A DNA stretch of 32,285 bases from Victivallales bacterium (GTDB taxonomy: Bacteria; Verrucomicrobiota; Lentisphaeria; Oligosphaerales; Oligosphaeraceae): the NCBI GenBank assembly GCA_017458805.1, contig JAFTAC010000355.1, forward strand, positions 1 to 32,285, written 5' to 3'. The translations under genes and the position numbers were made by a program. Shown piece after piece: positions 1-7,245 of the stretch. Numbering within the stretch: the stretch's first letter is position 1; each line of letters begins with the position of its first letter. A model generated the notes under the pieces. It searched no databases, had not been told where the DNA came from, and was given only the letters and a program-made list of their open reading frames with translations.

Positions 1-1
1 G

Positions 2-472
2 ATGATCTGCAATTCGAACCGCATAGCGCTTTTCATCGACGAAGAGCACAAGACCACCCAGAACCTGCTTAAGAGCAAGGCGTTCACCGTGAGCATCGCC
101 GACCGCGCCCACATGGATGTGGCCGACTTCTTCGGCATTGCGTCAGGGAACAAGATGACCGACAAGTTCGAGCGCACGGGGTACACGGCGGTCAGGAGCG
201 CCTTTGTAAACGCCCCCGTCATAGAGGAGTTCCCCGTGGTCATGGAATGCGAACTTGCAGAGGTCGTGCAGAACGACAGTTTCTACTGCATTGTCGGAAC
301 AATCGTGAACACTGCGGCTGAAGAGTCCGTCCTGGATGGCAAGGGAAAAGTCGATCCGTCAAAAGTGGATGCGCTTATCTTCGATCAATTCCAGCACGGG
401 TACTATGCTGTCGGCGAGCTGGTTGGCAAAGCCTGGAACGCTGGTGCGCCGCTGATGAAAAAGAACTCGTGA
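2..472 (+). CDS. flavin reductase-like FMN-binding protein (partial, 5' end off-window)
   Basis: The ORF is open to the left edge and ends at TGA 470-472. The translated sequence looks like the flavin-reductase split-barrel family. This is a family-level call by eye only. Confidence 0.55.
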   Translation: MICNSNRIALFIDEEHKTTQNLLKSKAFTVSIADRAHMDVADFFGIASGNKMTDKFERTGYTAVRSAFVNAPVIEEFPVVMECELAEVVQNDSFYCIVGTIVNTAAEESVLDGKGKVDPSKVDALIFDQFQHGYYAVGELVGKAWNAGAPLMKKNS

Positions 473-683
473 CGCTCAAGGCGGATGCCTGGCTGTCTTC
501 GCCAGGGCAATAGCCTCCGTGAATACTCCTGTGGTTCATGTCTCATGGAGGCAATTGCCATTGCCATGTTTCTGCATCAAGAGCACATCTCCACCAACCA
601 TGTGCCCGTCCAGGGATGCCGCATGGCTTCAGCCGGCGCATTTCGCGCTAGTTTTGCAATTACCTCTTAAGGATAAAATCCGA

Positions 684-1889
684 ATGAAATCAGGGGCAGT
701 CTCGAACAACAGTGGGAAAGTAAAATTGAAAATCACCAAAATTGAAAGCATATTCGTCGGGGCGAAGACTCCAGGTGTTGGGCTTCTTTCCAACCGCAAT
801 TACCATTATGTCCGTGTGCATACCGATGAAGGGATTACTGGTCTGGGCGAAGCCACGCTGGAAAGCCATGACCACGCCGTGGCAGGAACAATCAAGGACT
901 TGGAATGTCTGGTGATTGGTGAAGACCCGACGCGGATTGAGTATCTCACGCAGAAAATGGTCAAGCAGCTTTTCTGGAAGGGCGGCGTCATCAAAGGCAG
1001 CGCCATTGCAGGGATTGAGCTTGCTTTGTGGGATATCCTCGGCAAGGTATCGAACTTGCCTGTTTACAAGCTGATAGGCGGAGCCTGCCGCGATAGGATG
1101 CGCGTCTATGTCAACGGCTGGAGCGGCGGTTCCCTTGATCCGTCCGTGGTTCGTGAAAAAGCGCAGATTGCCATGGCCGCAGGATATGATGCTTTTAAAT
1201 TCAGCCTGGCGCTTCCTGTGTGGAGCGTCAACGATCCTGCCAATCTACGCAAGATCGAAGTGGTTGCGAAAACCATCAGGGAAACGGTCGGACCCGATGC
1301 CATGCTCATGTATGACGGGCATGGGCGATACGACGCCGATCTCGCAATCCGTATCGGGCGCATACTGGAAGCATACGACTTCACCTTTTTCGAGGAACCG
1401 TGCCAGCCTGAAGATGAAGAAGGGCTGGCGAAAGTTGCATCACGACTTGACATCCCTGTTGCCACAGGGGAAAGACTCTCGTTCCTGCCTGAATTCAAGC
1501 GTCTGCTGACGCGGAACTGCGCCTCGATCATTCAGCCTGACATCGGACACAGCTGCGGCTTTGGAACCGCGCTCAAAGCTTCGCACCTGGCTGAAGCGTT
1601 CAATGCGTTCGTCGCCCCGCACGGTCCCATGAGTCCAGTCATCACCACGGTTTCGCTTCATCTGGATGCCGTGATCCCGAATTTCCTGATACAGGAGAGA
1701 TTGTTCTTGAACGACTGGCGCAACGAGGTCATCACCGAGCCTATCCAGGTGAAGGATGGCTATGTGTATTTGAACGACAAACCTGGCTGGGGGATTGAGC
1801 TGAATGAGGAGCTCTGCAAGGCACATCCTGCAATTCCCTCCTACACGCCTCAGCTCACCCGTCCAGACGGCGCAGTCTGCGACTGGTAA
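684..1889 (+). CDS. enolase-superfamily dehydratase (mandelate racemase / galactonate dehydratase-like)
   Basis: Metal-ligand motifs are present: MYDGHGRY, FFEEP, ATGERL and IQPDIGH. I chose ATG 684 (MKSGAV...) instead of the track start 519 because the upstream 55 codons run through a repeat/palindrome remnant. Confidence 0.85.
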   Translation: MKSGAVSNNSGKVKLKITKIESIFVGAKTPGVGLLSNRNYHYVRVHTDEGITGLGEATLESHDHAVAGTIKDLECLVIGEDPTRIEYLTQKMVKQLFWKGGVIKGSAIAGIELALWDILGKVSNLPVYKLIGGACRDRMRVYVNGWSGGSLDPSVVREKAQIAMAAGYDAFKFSLALPVWSVNDPANLRKIEVVAKTIRETVGPDAMLMYDGHGRYDADLAIRIGRILEAYDFTFFEEPCQPEDEEGLAKVASRLDIPVATGERLSFLPEFKRLLTRNCASIIQPDIGHSCGFGTALKASHLAEAFNAFVAPHGPMSPVITTVSLHLDAVIPNFLIQERLFLNDWRNEVITEPIQVKDGYVYLNDKPGWGIELNEELCKAHPAIPSYTPQLTRPDGAVCDW

Positions 1890-1904
1890 AGGAGACAGCG
1901 GAAA

Positions 1905-2633
1905 ATGGATGATTTCAATGGGAAAACCGTATTGGTGACTGGCGGATCACGGGGGCTTGGCGAAGCATTCTGCCGCGAATTCGCCCGTATGGGCTGCAAG
2001 GTGATTCTGAACTACGCCCATGGAAAAGACGTGGCGGAAGCTGTGGCTTCCGAAATCGGTGCGCTGGCATATTCCTGCGACATTTCCGATGAAAAAGCGG
2101 TGGAAAAGATGTTTCAGGATGCGGGACCAGTGGATATTCTGGTCAACAATGCCCGAATCGATCCCTATAAACGGCCAGCCGACGCCACGGACGGAGAGTG
2201 GTGGGACCAGGTGATGAGCGTCAATCTGAAAGGGGCTTATCTATGCGGAAAGTTTGCGCTGGAAGGGATGAAAAAGAAAAACTGGGGGCGGATGCTTCAT
2301 ATTTCCTCCATCTGGGCATATCAGAAACCGAATGAACGGATGCTTTCATACGCGGCGGCCAAGTCTGCCATGCATGCCTTGAGCCGTGGATTTGCCGCGA
2401 TTGGAGCACCTTACAACATCACCTCCAACGTGCTGGCGCCAGGACTCATCATGACAAAACTGGTTTCCGAACGACTGACTGGAGAAGCACTCGAACGGGA
2501 AATTGCGACCATTCCCCTTGGACACGGCGAATCCCCACAGGAGATCGCCCTGGCAGGCATCAACATGATTCGTTCATCGTTCATCACGGGAGAAGTTCTG
2601 GACATCAACGGCGGCGCGTTCATGCGACCATGA
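1905..2633 (+). CDS. SDR-family oxidoreductase (FabG-like)
   Basis: It has the TGGSRGLG Rossmann motif, NNA, and the YxxxK motif (YAAAKSA). An SD (aaaggaga) lies upstream, and the gene starts 15 nt after the dehydratase stop. Confidence 0.9.
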   Translation: MDDFNGKTVLVTGGSRGLGEAFCREFARMGCKVILNYAHGKDVAEAVASEIGALAYSCDISDEKAVEKMFQDAGPVDILVNNARIDPYKRPADATDGEWWDQVMSVNLKGAYLCGKFALEGMKKKNWGRMLHISSIWAYQKPNERMLSYAAAKSAMHALSRGFAAIGAPYNITSNVLAPGLIMTKLVSERLTGEALEREIATIPLGHGESPQEIALAGINMIRSSFITGEVLDINGGAFMRP

Positions 2634-2755
2634 CCATTATTGAATCGGCTGTTTTTGCGACGATGCACTCTGCTCTTCCCGAACAAACTGCACTGCACTG
2701 TTTCCATAACGCTATGTTCCTAAAGTAGGGTAGTTAACTAAAGGCATTTTTTAGA

Positions 2756-2898
2756 AACCACAGATTACACAGATTACACAGATGTTTTCAGCCGCATGCG
2801 CGGCTGAAAACGGGTTATTTATGGGGTACGACAAAATGAACTGCGAAGTGCCGCAAATGCGGCACTTCGCATCTGTGTAATCTGTGTAATCTGTGGTT
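2756..2898. repeat. 143-bp composite inverted-repeat element with two internal hairpins
   Basis: There is a perfect 29-bp IR (2756-2784 / 2870-2898). Its arms are 2.9 copies of the 9-mer cacagatta. Inside are an 11-bp stem hairpin (2785-2795 / 2800-2810) and a 12-bp stem hairpin (2843-2854 / 2859-2870). Confidence 0.9.
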
Positions 2899-3056
2899 AA
2901 TAAACTATCCTTATGGGGAGCATAGCGTTCTATAAACGACCCTGCTGGAGGACAGAGCGTACCGCAAAAGAAGGGGACACGGATGTTTTTTTCAATGGAC
3001 CGATTTGCAATTTGAAAAAAACATGGTAAATTAAGCAACTGTTAATCCTGAAGACT

Positions 3057-3134
3057 GGGGTTGTAGCGCAATTTGGTTAGAGCATCGCCCTGTCACGGCG
3101 AAGGTCGCGGGTTCGACCCCCGTCAACCCCGCCA
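3057..3134 (+). tRNA. tRNA-Asp (anticodon GTC), CCA encoded
   Basis: A manual cloverleaf fits. The acceptor is GGGGTTG/CAACCCC, the anticodon stem is TCGCC/GGCGA with loop CTGTCAC, and the T arm is GCGGG-TTCGACC-CCCGT. The discriminator is G, followed by CCA. There is one D-stem mismatch. Confidence 0.93.
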
Positions 3135-3148
3135 GCTTGTTTTTGGTG

Positions 3149-3180
3149 AGCCGCAGAGTTTTGATTCTGCGGCTTTTTTG
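3149..3180 (+). terminator. rho-independent terminator after tRNA-Asp
   Basis: An 8-bp stem, agccgcag (3149-3156) / ctgcggct (3167-3174), has a 10-nt loop (3157-3166). The last stem base begins a TTTTTT run (3174-3179). Confidence 0.7.
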
Positions 3181-3191
3181 TTGTCTGCGAC

Positions 3192-3220
3192 TTGACAAGT
3201 GTCGAAATGCTGGTTATTTT
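3192..3220 (+). promoter_or_regulatory. sigma70-like promoter candidate for the Gfo/Idh/MocA gene
   Basis: TTGACA (3192-3197), a 17-nt spacer and TATTTT (3215-3220) lie about 40 nt upstream of ATG 3260. This is a sequence match only. Confidence 0.4.
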
Positions 3221-3259
3221 TTGAAGTGTTATTTCCCAAAATAATCACAGGAGCTATTT

Positions 3260-4504
3260 ATGTCTGATCGCATCAACATCTGTTTCATCGGCTGCGGGCG
3301 GTTCGTCCGCAATTTTATCCCCCTGTTCAAGGCGCATCCCTTTGTGGAAAGCGTTTCTGTGTGCGACATCTTGAAGGACCGCGCGGACGCATACGGGAAG
3401 GAGTTCGGCGTGAGCCGCGTCTTCTATGACTTCAACGACGTTCTGAAGGACAGCAAAATCAACGCTGTCGCCATCTTCACGCAGCGCCAGCTTCACGCTC
3501 CGCTTACCATCGCCGCATTGAAGGCGGACAAGAATGTCTATAGTGCCGTGCCGACAGGGCTGACGGTCGAGGAGATTCAGGAAATCGAGCAATTAGTACG
3601 TGAAAAGCGACTGATTTTCTCCAGCGGAGAGACTGGTGCCTACCGCGCCTGTTCCGTCTTCTGCCGCAGTAAGATACTCAGCGGTGAGATGCGCAATTTC
3701 GTCTATGGCGAGGCGCAGTACAATCACGACATGCGCCACTTCTACGACAGCTACAAGCACTCTGGCGGTCCTGACTGGAAGAAGGTGGCTGGCTTTCCGC
3801 CGATGCTCTACCCGACTCACTCCACCTCCATGATACTCTCCTGCCTGCCAGGCGTCTATGCCACAAAGCTGGCCGCGTTCGGCTATCGTGAGAAGCAGGA
3901 TCTGGACATTTTCGGCGAGAACGGGCAGAACTACTGGAACAACCCCTTCTCGAACACCAGCGCCTTGATGCAGCTTTCAAACGGCGGTATCGCACGCATC
4001 AGCGAAAACAGGCGCATCGGCTGGCACGCACCCCAGTCCTACATCTCCAACTTCCATACGGAGACCGCCTCATACGAGTTCTCCGTGATGCACCACTACT
4101 ATTCGACCTGGGACAAGACCGACCCCAAGAAGATTGTACTGACAGAGGTGAGCGACCAGCTGAATCCGCCCGAGCTTCAGGCGCGCATCAACGACCCTGC
4201 GATGGTGCAGGAGTGCGGGCAGGGCTTCGGCTTTGTCATGACCTCGCCCATCCAGCCGCAGGAGCGCATCCCCAAGGAGCTGGATGGCCTGCGGAACGGC
4301 CACAACGGCACGCATAAGTTCATGTGTGATGACTTCTGCCGCTCAGTCCAGACAGGCAAGCTCTCGCCCACCAACATCTGGCAGGCGGCCCGCTTCAACA
4401 TCCCTGGCATCATCGCGCACCAGTCCGCCATGCGGGACGGCGAGACGATGACCGTGCCCGATCTGGGCAACCCGCCCGCCGACTGGGAAGTTTTGCCGTT
4501 CTAA
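3260..4504 (+). CDS. Gfo/Idh/MocA-family oxidoreductase
   Basis: The N-terminal Rossmann segment is NICFIGCGRF. Overall length and pattern are typical of the family. An SD (aggag) lies upstream. Confidence 0.8.
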   Translation: MSDRINICFIGCGRFVRNFIPLFKAHPFVESVSVCDILKDRADAYGKEFGVSRVFYDFNDVLKDSKINAVAIFTQRQLHAPLTIAALKADKNVYSAVPTGLTVEEIQEIEQLVREKRLIFSSGETGAYRACSVFCRSKILSGEMRNFVYGEAQYNHDMRHFYDSYKHSGGPDWKKVAGFPPMLYPTHSTSMILSCLPGVYATKLAAFGYREKQDLDIFGENGQNYWNNPFSNTSALMQLSNGGIARISENRRIGWHAPQSYISNFHTETASYEFSVMHHYYSTWDKTDPKKIVLTEVSDQLNPPELQARINDPAMVQECGQGFGFVMTSPIQPQERIPKELDGLRNGHNGTHKFMCDDFCRSVQTGKLSPTNIWQAARFNIPGIIAHQSAMRDGETMTVPDLGNPPADWEVLPF

Positions 4505-4612
4505 CAACTGGGGCCGCAGGTAGCTTCCCCCACGCCGCTTCGCTTGCCTGGGGAAGCCATCCAAAGCGGGGCGCGCGCTCTGAAGGAGCACGCTATCAGG
4601 ACGATTGGAATC

Positions 4613-4640
4613 GCCGCGCATTTGCGCGGCTTGGTTGGTG
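4613..4640 (+). terminator. possible terminator hairpin downstream of the Gfo/Idh/MocA gene
   Basis: A 7-bp all-GC stem, gccgcgc (4613-4619) / gcgcggc (4624-4630), has loop attt. It is followed by a T/G-rich tract, ttggttggtggtttgtt, with no clean U-run. Confidence 0.3.
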
Positions 4641-4718
4641 GTTTGTTAATTGTGCGCACTGTTCGAAGTCGTGTACAGTTTTGGCGCGTTTGCGCATGCC
4701 ACAAAGGAATATATAATT

Positions 4719-5681
4719 ATGCTTGATATTCAACCCTATCTTTACGGCGTGCATCATATAGAGCAGTCGGATGCAGGCGTTGTCTTCCACCGCATGAATG
4801 CCGAGCTGGAGGCGTTCTATCATTACAATGACGCGGCGTTTCTGCGGGCGACCTGTGCCACGAATGTGCGCCTTCGCTTCCGCACCAACAGCACGAAGTT
4901 GTATCTGAAGATGGCATACGGGCAGTTTGCACGCCCAATCAGCTGCGTCAATGTGCTGGTGGAAGGTGCTGACCCCATTTGCGTGGATGCGGAGAAGGTG
5001 GAAGAGGGCTTTTCAAAGGAGATTCCCTTGAATACGAATGGCGAGATGCGGGATGTTCAGGTGAGCTTCCCGCATCTGGCGCAGGTTGTTCTGCAGGATT
5101 TCAGGCTTGAGGAGGGTTCGCGAATCGAGGCGGCTTCTCCGCTCAAGGGCAAGATGGTCTTCGTCGGCGATTTGATTTTCCAGGGTATGACCAGCTCCTG
5201 TGCGGAAAACAGCGTCGAGGCTATCTTCGGCAGGATGCTAGGCTGCGATATCCACAATCTGGCAGTGGGCGGAGCCGTCATGCAGCCAGAGGCCGTCAGA
5301 CTCTCCCGTGCGCTGGGCGGCACGATGGTGGCCATCAACTTTGGCGTGAATGACTTTGCGCAGGCCATCCCGATGGCGGTCTTCGAGCTACGCACCCGTG
5401 AAGCGGTCAGGCTGCTGGCGGAGGACGCTCCGAACCGCAAGCCATACGTCGTCGTCCCGATTCCCTTCCCCGGCGAGAACGGCCCGAACAAGGAGGGGCT
5501 TGTCAGCGAAGACTATCGAAACTGCATCCGCAAGGCAGCAAAAGAATACCCTGCCATCACGCTGGTCGAAGGCATGGAGTTCTATCCCAACGACCGCAAG
5601 TACTTCATTGACAGCTGCCACCCGAACGACGCTGGCTCCGCGCTTTATGCAGATGGCTTTGTGAAGGCGGTCAGGGTGTAA
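4719..5681 (+). CDS. SGNH/GDSL-type esterase with N-terminal beta-sandwich (CE2-like); nucleophile position reads Leu
   Basis: Block III is INFGVNDF and block V is DSCHPND, but block I reads FVGDLIFQG instead of GDS. I chose ATG 4719 (SD aaaggaa) over the track start 4650. Confidence 0.65.
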   Translation: MLDIQPYLYGVHHIEQSDAGVVFHRMNAELEAFYHYNDAAFLRATCATNVRLRFRTNSTKLYLKMAYGQFARPISCVNVLVEGADPICVDAEKVEEGFSKEIPLNTNGEMRDVQVSFPHLAQVVLQDFRLEEGSRIEAASPLKGKMVFVGDLIFQGMTSSCAENSVEAIFGRMLGCDIHNLAVGGAVMQPEAVRLSRALGGTMVAINFGVNDFAQAIPMAVFELRTREAVRLLAEDAPNRKPYVVVPIPFPGENGPNKEGLVSEDYRNCIRKAAKEYPAITLVEGMEFYPNDRKYFIDSCHPNDAGSALYADGFVKAVRV

Positions 5682-5819
5682 CGACGACGTCCTCGTCGTC
5701 GCAAAACCATGCCTATGCCAACAAAGTCAGGGGTAACGACGACGTCCTCGTCGTCGCAAAACCATGCCTATGCCGACAAAGTCAGGGGTAACGACGACGT
5801 CCTCGTCGTCGCAAAACCA
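5671..5819. repeat. ~55-bp tandem repeat, 2.7 copies, each with a cgacgacg/cgtcgtcg hairpin
   Basis: The copies lie at 5671-5726, 5727-5781 and 5782-5819 and are near-identical. The first copy overlaps the esterase stop codon (5679-5681). Confidence 0.92.
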
Positions 5820-5859
5820 AACAAACTCCATTGAGACGGCTAATCACAGGATAACCACA

Positions 5860-6666
5860 ATGCATACATACAAGACACTGACAGAGGATTTGGAGAAATC
5901 TGGCCTGAAGCGGGATGACGCGATTCTCATCCACTCCTCGATGAAGTCCATCGGCGAGGTGGAGGGTCGTGCTGACACTGTGTTGGACGTCCTGATGGAC
6001 TACTTTGGAAAGGAGGGGCTGCTGGTATTTCCCACGCTGACCTGGAGCAATGTGAACGCCGACCAGCCGATATTCGACGTGCGGAACACGCCCTCTGTTG
6101 TGGGCATCCTGCCGCAGCTCTTCCGCCAGCGTCCCAATGTCTGGCGTTCCCTTCACCCCACCCACTCCGTCGCGGCGTATGGTCCCGAGGCGATACCGTT
6201 CGTGGAGGGACATGAACGTTCGGATTCACCTGCAAACAGCTTTTCTCCATGGAGAAAGCTGATTCTCGCCAAGGCGAAAATCATGTTTTTGGGGGCAACC
6301 ATCTCCCATAACACCTTCCTGCATGGCGTGGAGGAGTGGGGCGATGCCGACGACGACCTCTGCGAAAACCTGCAGGAGCTTTACGTGATCGACTATGAAG
6401 GCGTGAAACACCCCTGCTTCCAGCATCGTCACACAGGCGGCCATTCAGGCTACTACGACCGCCTTGCAGAGCATTTCAAATACATCGGTGCCTGGTCGGA
6501 GTTCACCTTTGGCGATGCGCATTGCATCGTGCTGGACGCACCGAAAATCGCCCGATATGTCATCTCCGTCCTCGCAAAATACCCTGCTGCCTTCACAAAG
6601 AAGTGGAATGAGGCTCACCCGACGTTCTTCCAGGACCTCTACAAGGAGCTTGTGGCGGAGAAGTAG
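5860..6666 (+). CDS. AAC(3)-family (aminoglycoside N3-acetyltransferase-like) protein
   Basis: The family pattern is present: ILIHSSMKSIG, VFPTLTW, PNVWRSLHPTHSVAAYGP and FLGATISHNTFLHGVEE. I chose ATG 5860 because the track start 5764 lies inside the tandem repeat. Confidence 0.85.
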   Translation: MHTYKTLTEDLEKSGLKRDDAILIHSSMKSIGEVEGRADTVLDVLMDYFGKEGLLVFPTLTWSNVNADQPIFDVRNTPSVVGILPQLFRQRPNVWRSLHPTHSVAAYGPEAIPFVEGHERSDSPANSFSPWRKLILAKAKIMFLGATISHNTFLHGVEEWGDADDDLCENLQELYVIDYEGVKHPCFQHRHTGGHSGYYDRLAEHFKYIGAWSEFTFGDAHCIVLDAPKIARYVISVLAKYPAAFTKKWNEAHPTFFQDLYKELVAEK

Positions 6667-6824
6667 TATTTAATTGATTTAATTCGAATACATCTGCACT
6701 GTTCTTTGGGGCTGCTTTTTCGTGAATGGCTCCTTGCATACGAGGGTATGCGCGTTGCCAATCGCAAAATAACATCTCCAAAACTCCAATGCAATGTGTA
6801 TCCGAATTAAATCAATTAAGTACT
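6665..6824. repeat. 160-bp AT-rich inverted-repeat (MITE-like) element
   Basis: A 28-bp IR with 2 mismatches (6665-6692 / 6797-6824) flanks 104 bp. The left arm overlaps the AAC(3) stop codon (6664-6666). No TSD or transposase was seen. Confidence 0.7.
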
Positions 6825-7100
6825 AGCAGGCTGTGTGCGAATAAACCAAACGTAACTAATCAGCAGGGATTACATAGCACCGAAGAGCGACAAGGCGCAG
6901 AATACCAAGTGGTTTAAACTTTCCTTCGGTGGTTACACTTGCATTTTCGACGACGTGACTGTCGTCGTTACTCTCTCGTTTATTGTATAAATGAGGAGAG
7001 GACGTCTTTTTCTTCCTTGCATAATGGTATTTTTGACATTTTACGTTAAATTATATTACTTAGGTATTTGTTTTCGTTTGGGGCTTCACCCCAAGAAAGC

Positions 7101-7217
7101 CTAGAAGCTCTAGATGCTCTAGAAGCTCTAGAAGCTCTAGAAGCTCTAGAAGCTCTAGAAGCTCTAGAATCTCTAGAATCTCTAGAAGCTCTAGAACCTC
7201 TAGAAATGCTAGAACAG
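7101..7217. repeat. 9-bp tandem repeat (ctagaagct) x13
   Basis: I parsed 13 head-to-tail units by hand, of which 5 consecutive units are perfect (7119-7163) and the edges are degenerate. The array ends 11-29 nt before the lysS start candidates. Confidence 0.95.
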
Positions 7218-7245
7218 ATAGTTAGAAATGTTTGAGGAACAGAAA

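Noticed and set aside
519-683. Longer N-terminal extensions offered by the ORF track: 519 for the dehydratase, 4650 for the esterase, 5764 for AAC(3), 28433 for the phosphoesterase and 29073 for TrmH.
   Set aside because: The extensions run through repeats or palindromes, or overlap the upstream gene. Internal ATGs with good SD sequences coincide with the start of family-typical sequence.
2983-3024. A perfect 13-bp inverted repeat (atgtttttttcaa / ttgaaaaaaacat) upstream of tRNA-Asp, overlapping a weak TTGCAA-N16-TAAATT promoter-like match.
   Set aside because: The A/T homopolymer arms make a low-stability, low-complexity pairing, and the promoter match is weak. This is not enough to call a regulatory feature.
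2751-3038. A 95-aa minus-strand ORF, and the 63-aa ORF at 6726-6917.
   Set aside because: Both are read through inverted-repeat elements. They show no SD and no domain resemblance, and are most likely artefacts of the repeats.
2785-4630. A shared GCCGC-loop-GCGGC core in several hairpins (2785-2810, 2843-2870, 3149-3174, 4613-4630, 8759-8772), as a possible repeat family or common protein site.
   Set aside because: The shared core is only 5 GC-rich bases, and the flanks differ. Such stems are expected by chance in a high-GC genome, so I cannot support a family from this window alone.
5671-5819. The possibility that the 55-bp or 32-bp (24708-24801) direct repeats are CRISPR arrays.
   Set aside because: The repeats are directly abutting with no unique spacers. 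There are only about 3 copies, and no cas genes are in the window.
5671-6970. An integron gene-cassette / attC interpretation of the hairpins flanking the AAC(3)-like gene.
   Set aside because: No intI integrase or attI is present. I cannot find convincing RYYYAAC / GTTRRRY core sites, and the upstream motif is tandemly triplicated, which is unlike attC. I kept only the weaker observation that the gene is bracketed by inverted motif copies.
7101-7217. The 9-mer array read as coding sequence (CTA GAA GCT gives an L-E-A repeat).
   Set aside because: There is no start codon or SD in that frame. The array is out of frame with lysS, and another frame has TAG in every unit. No ORF of 60 aa or more is reported there.
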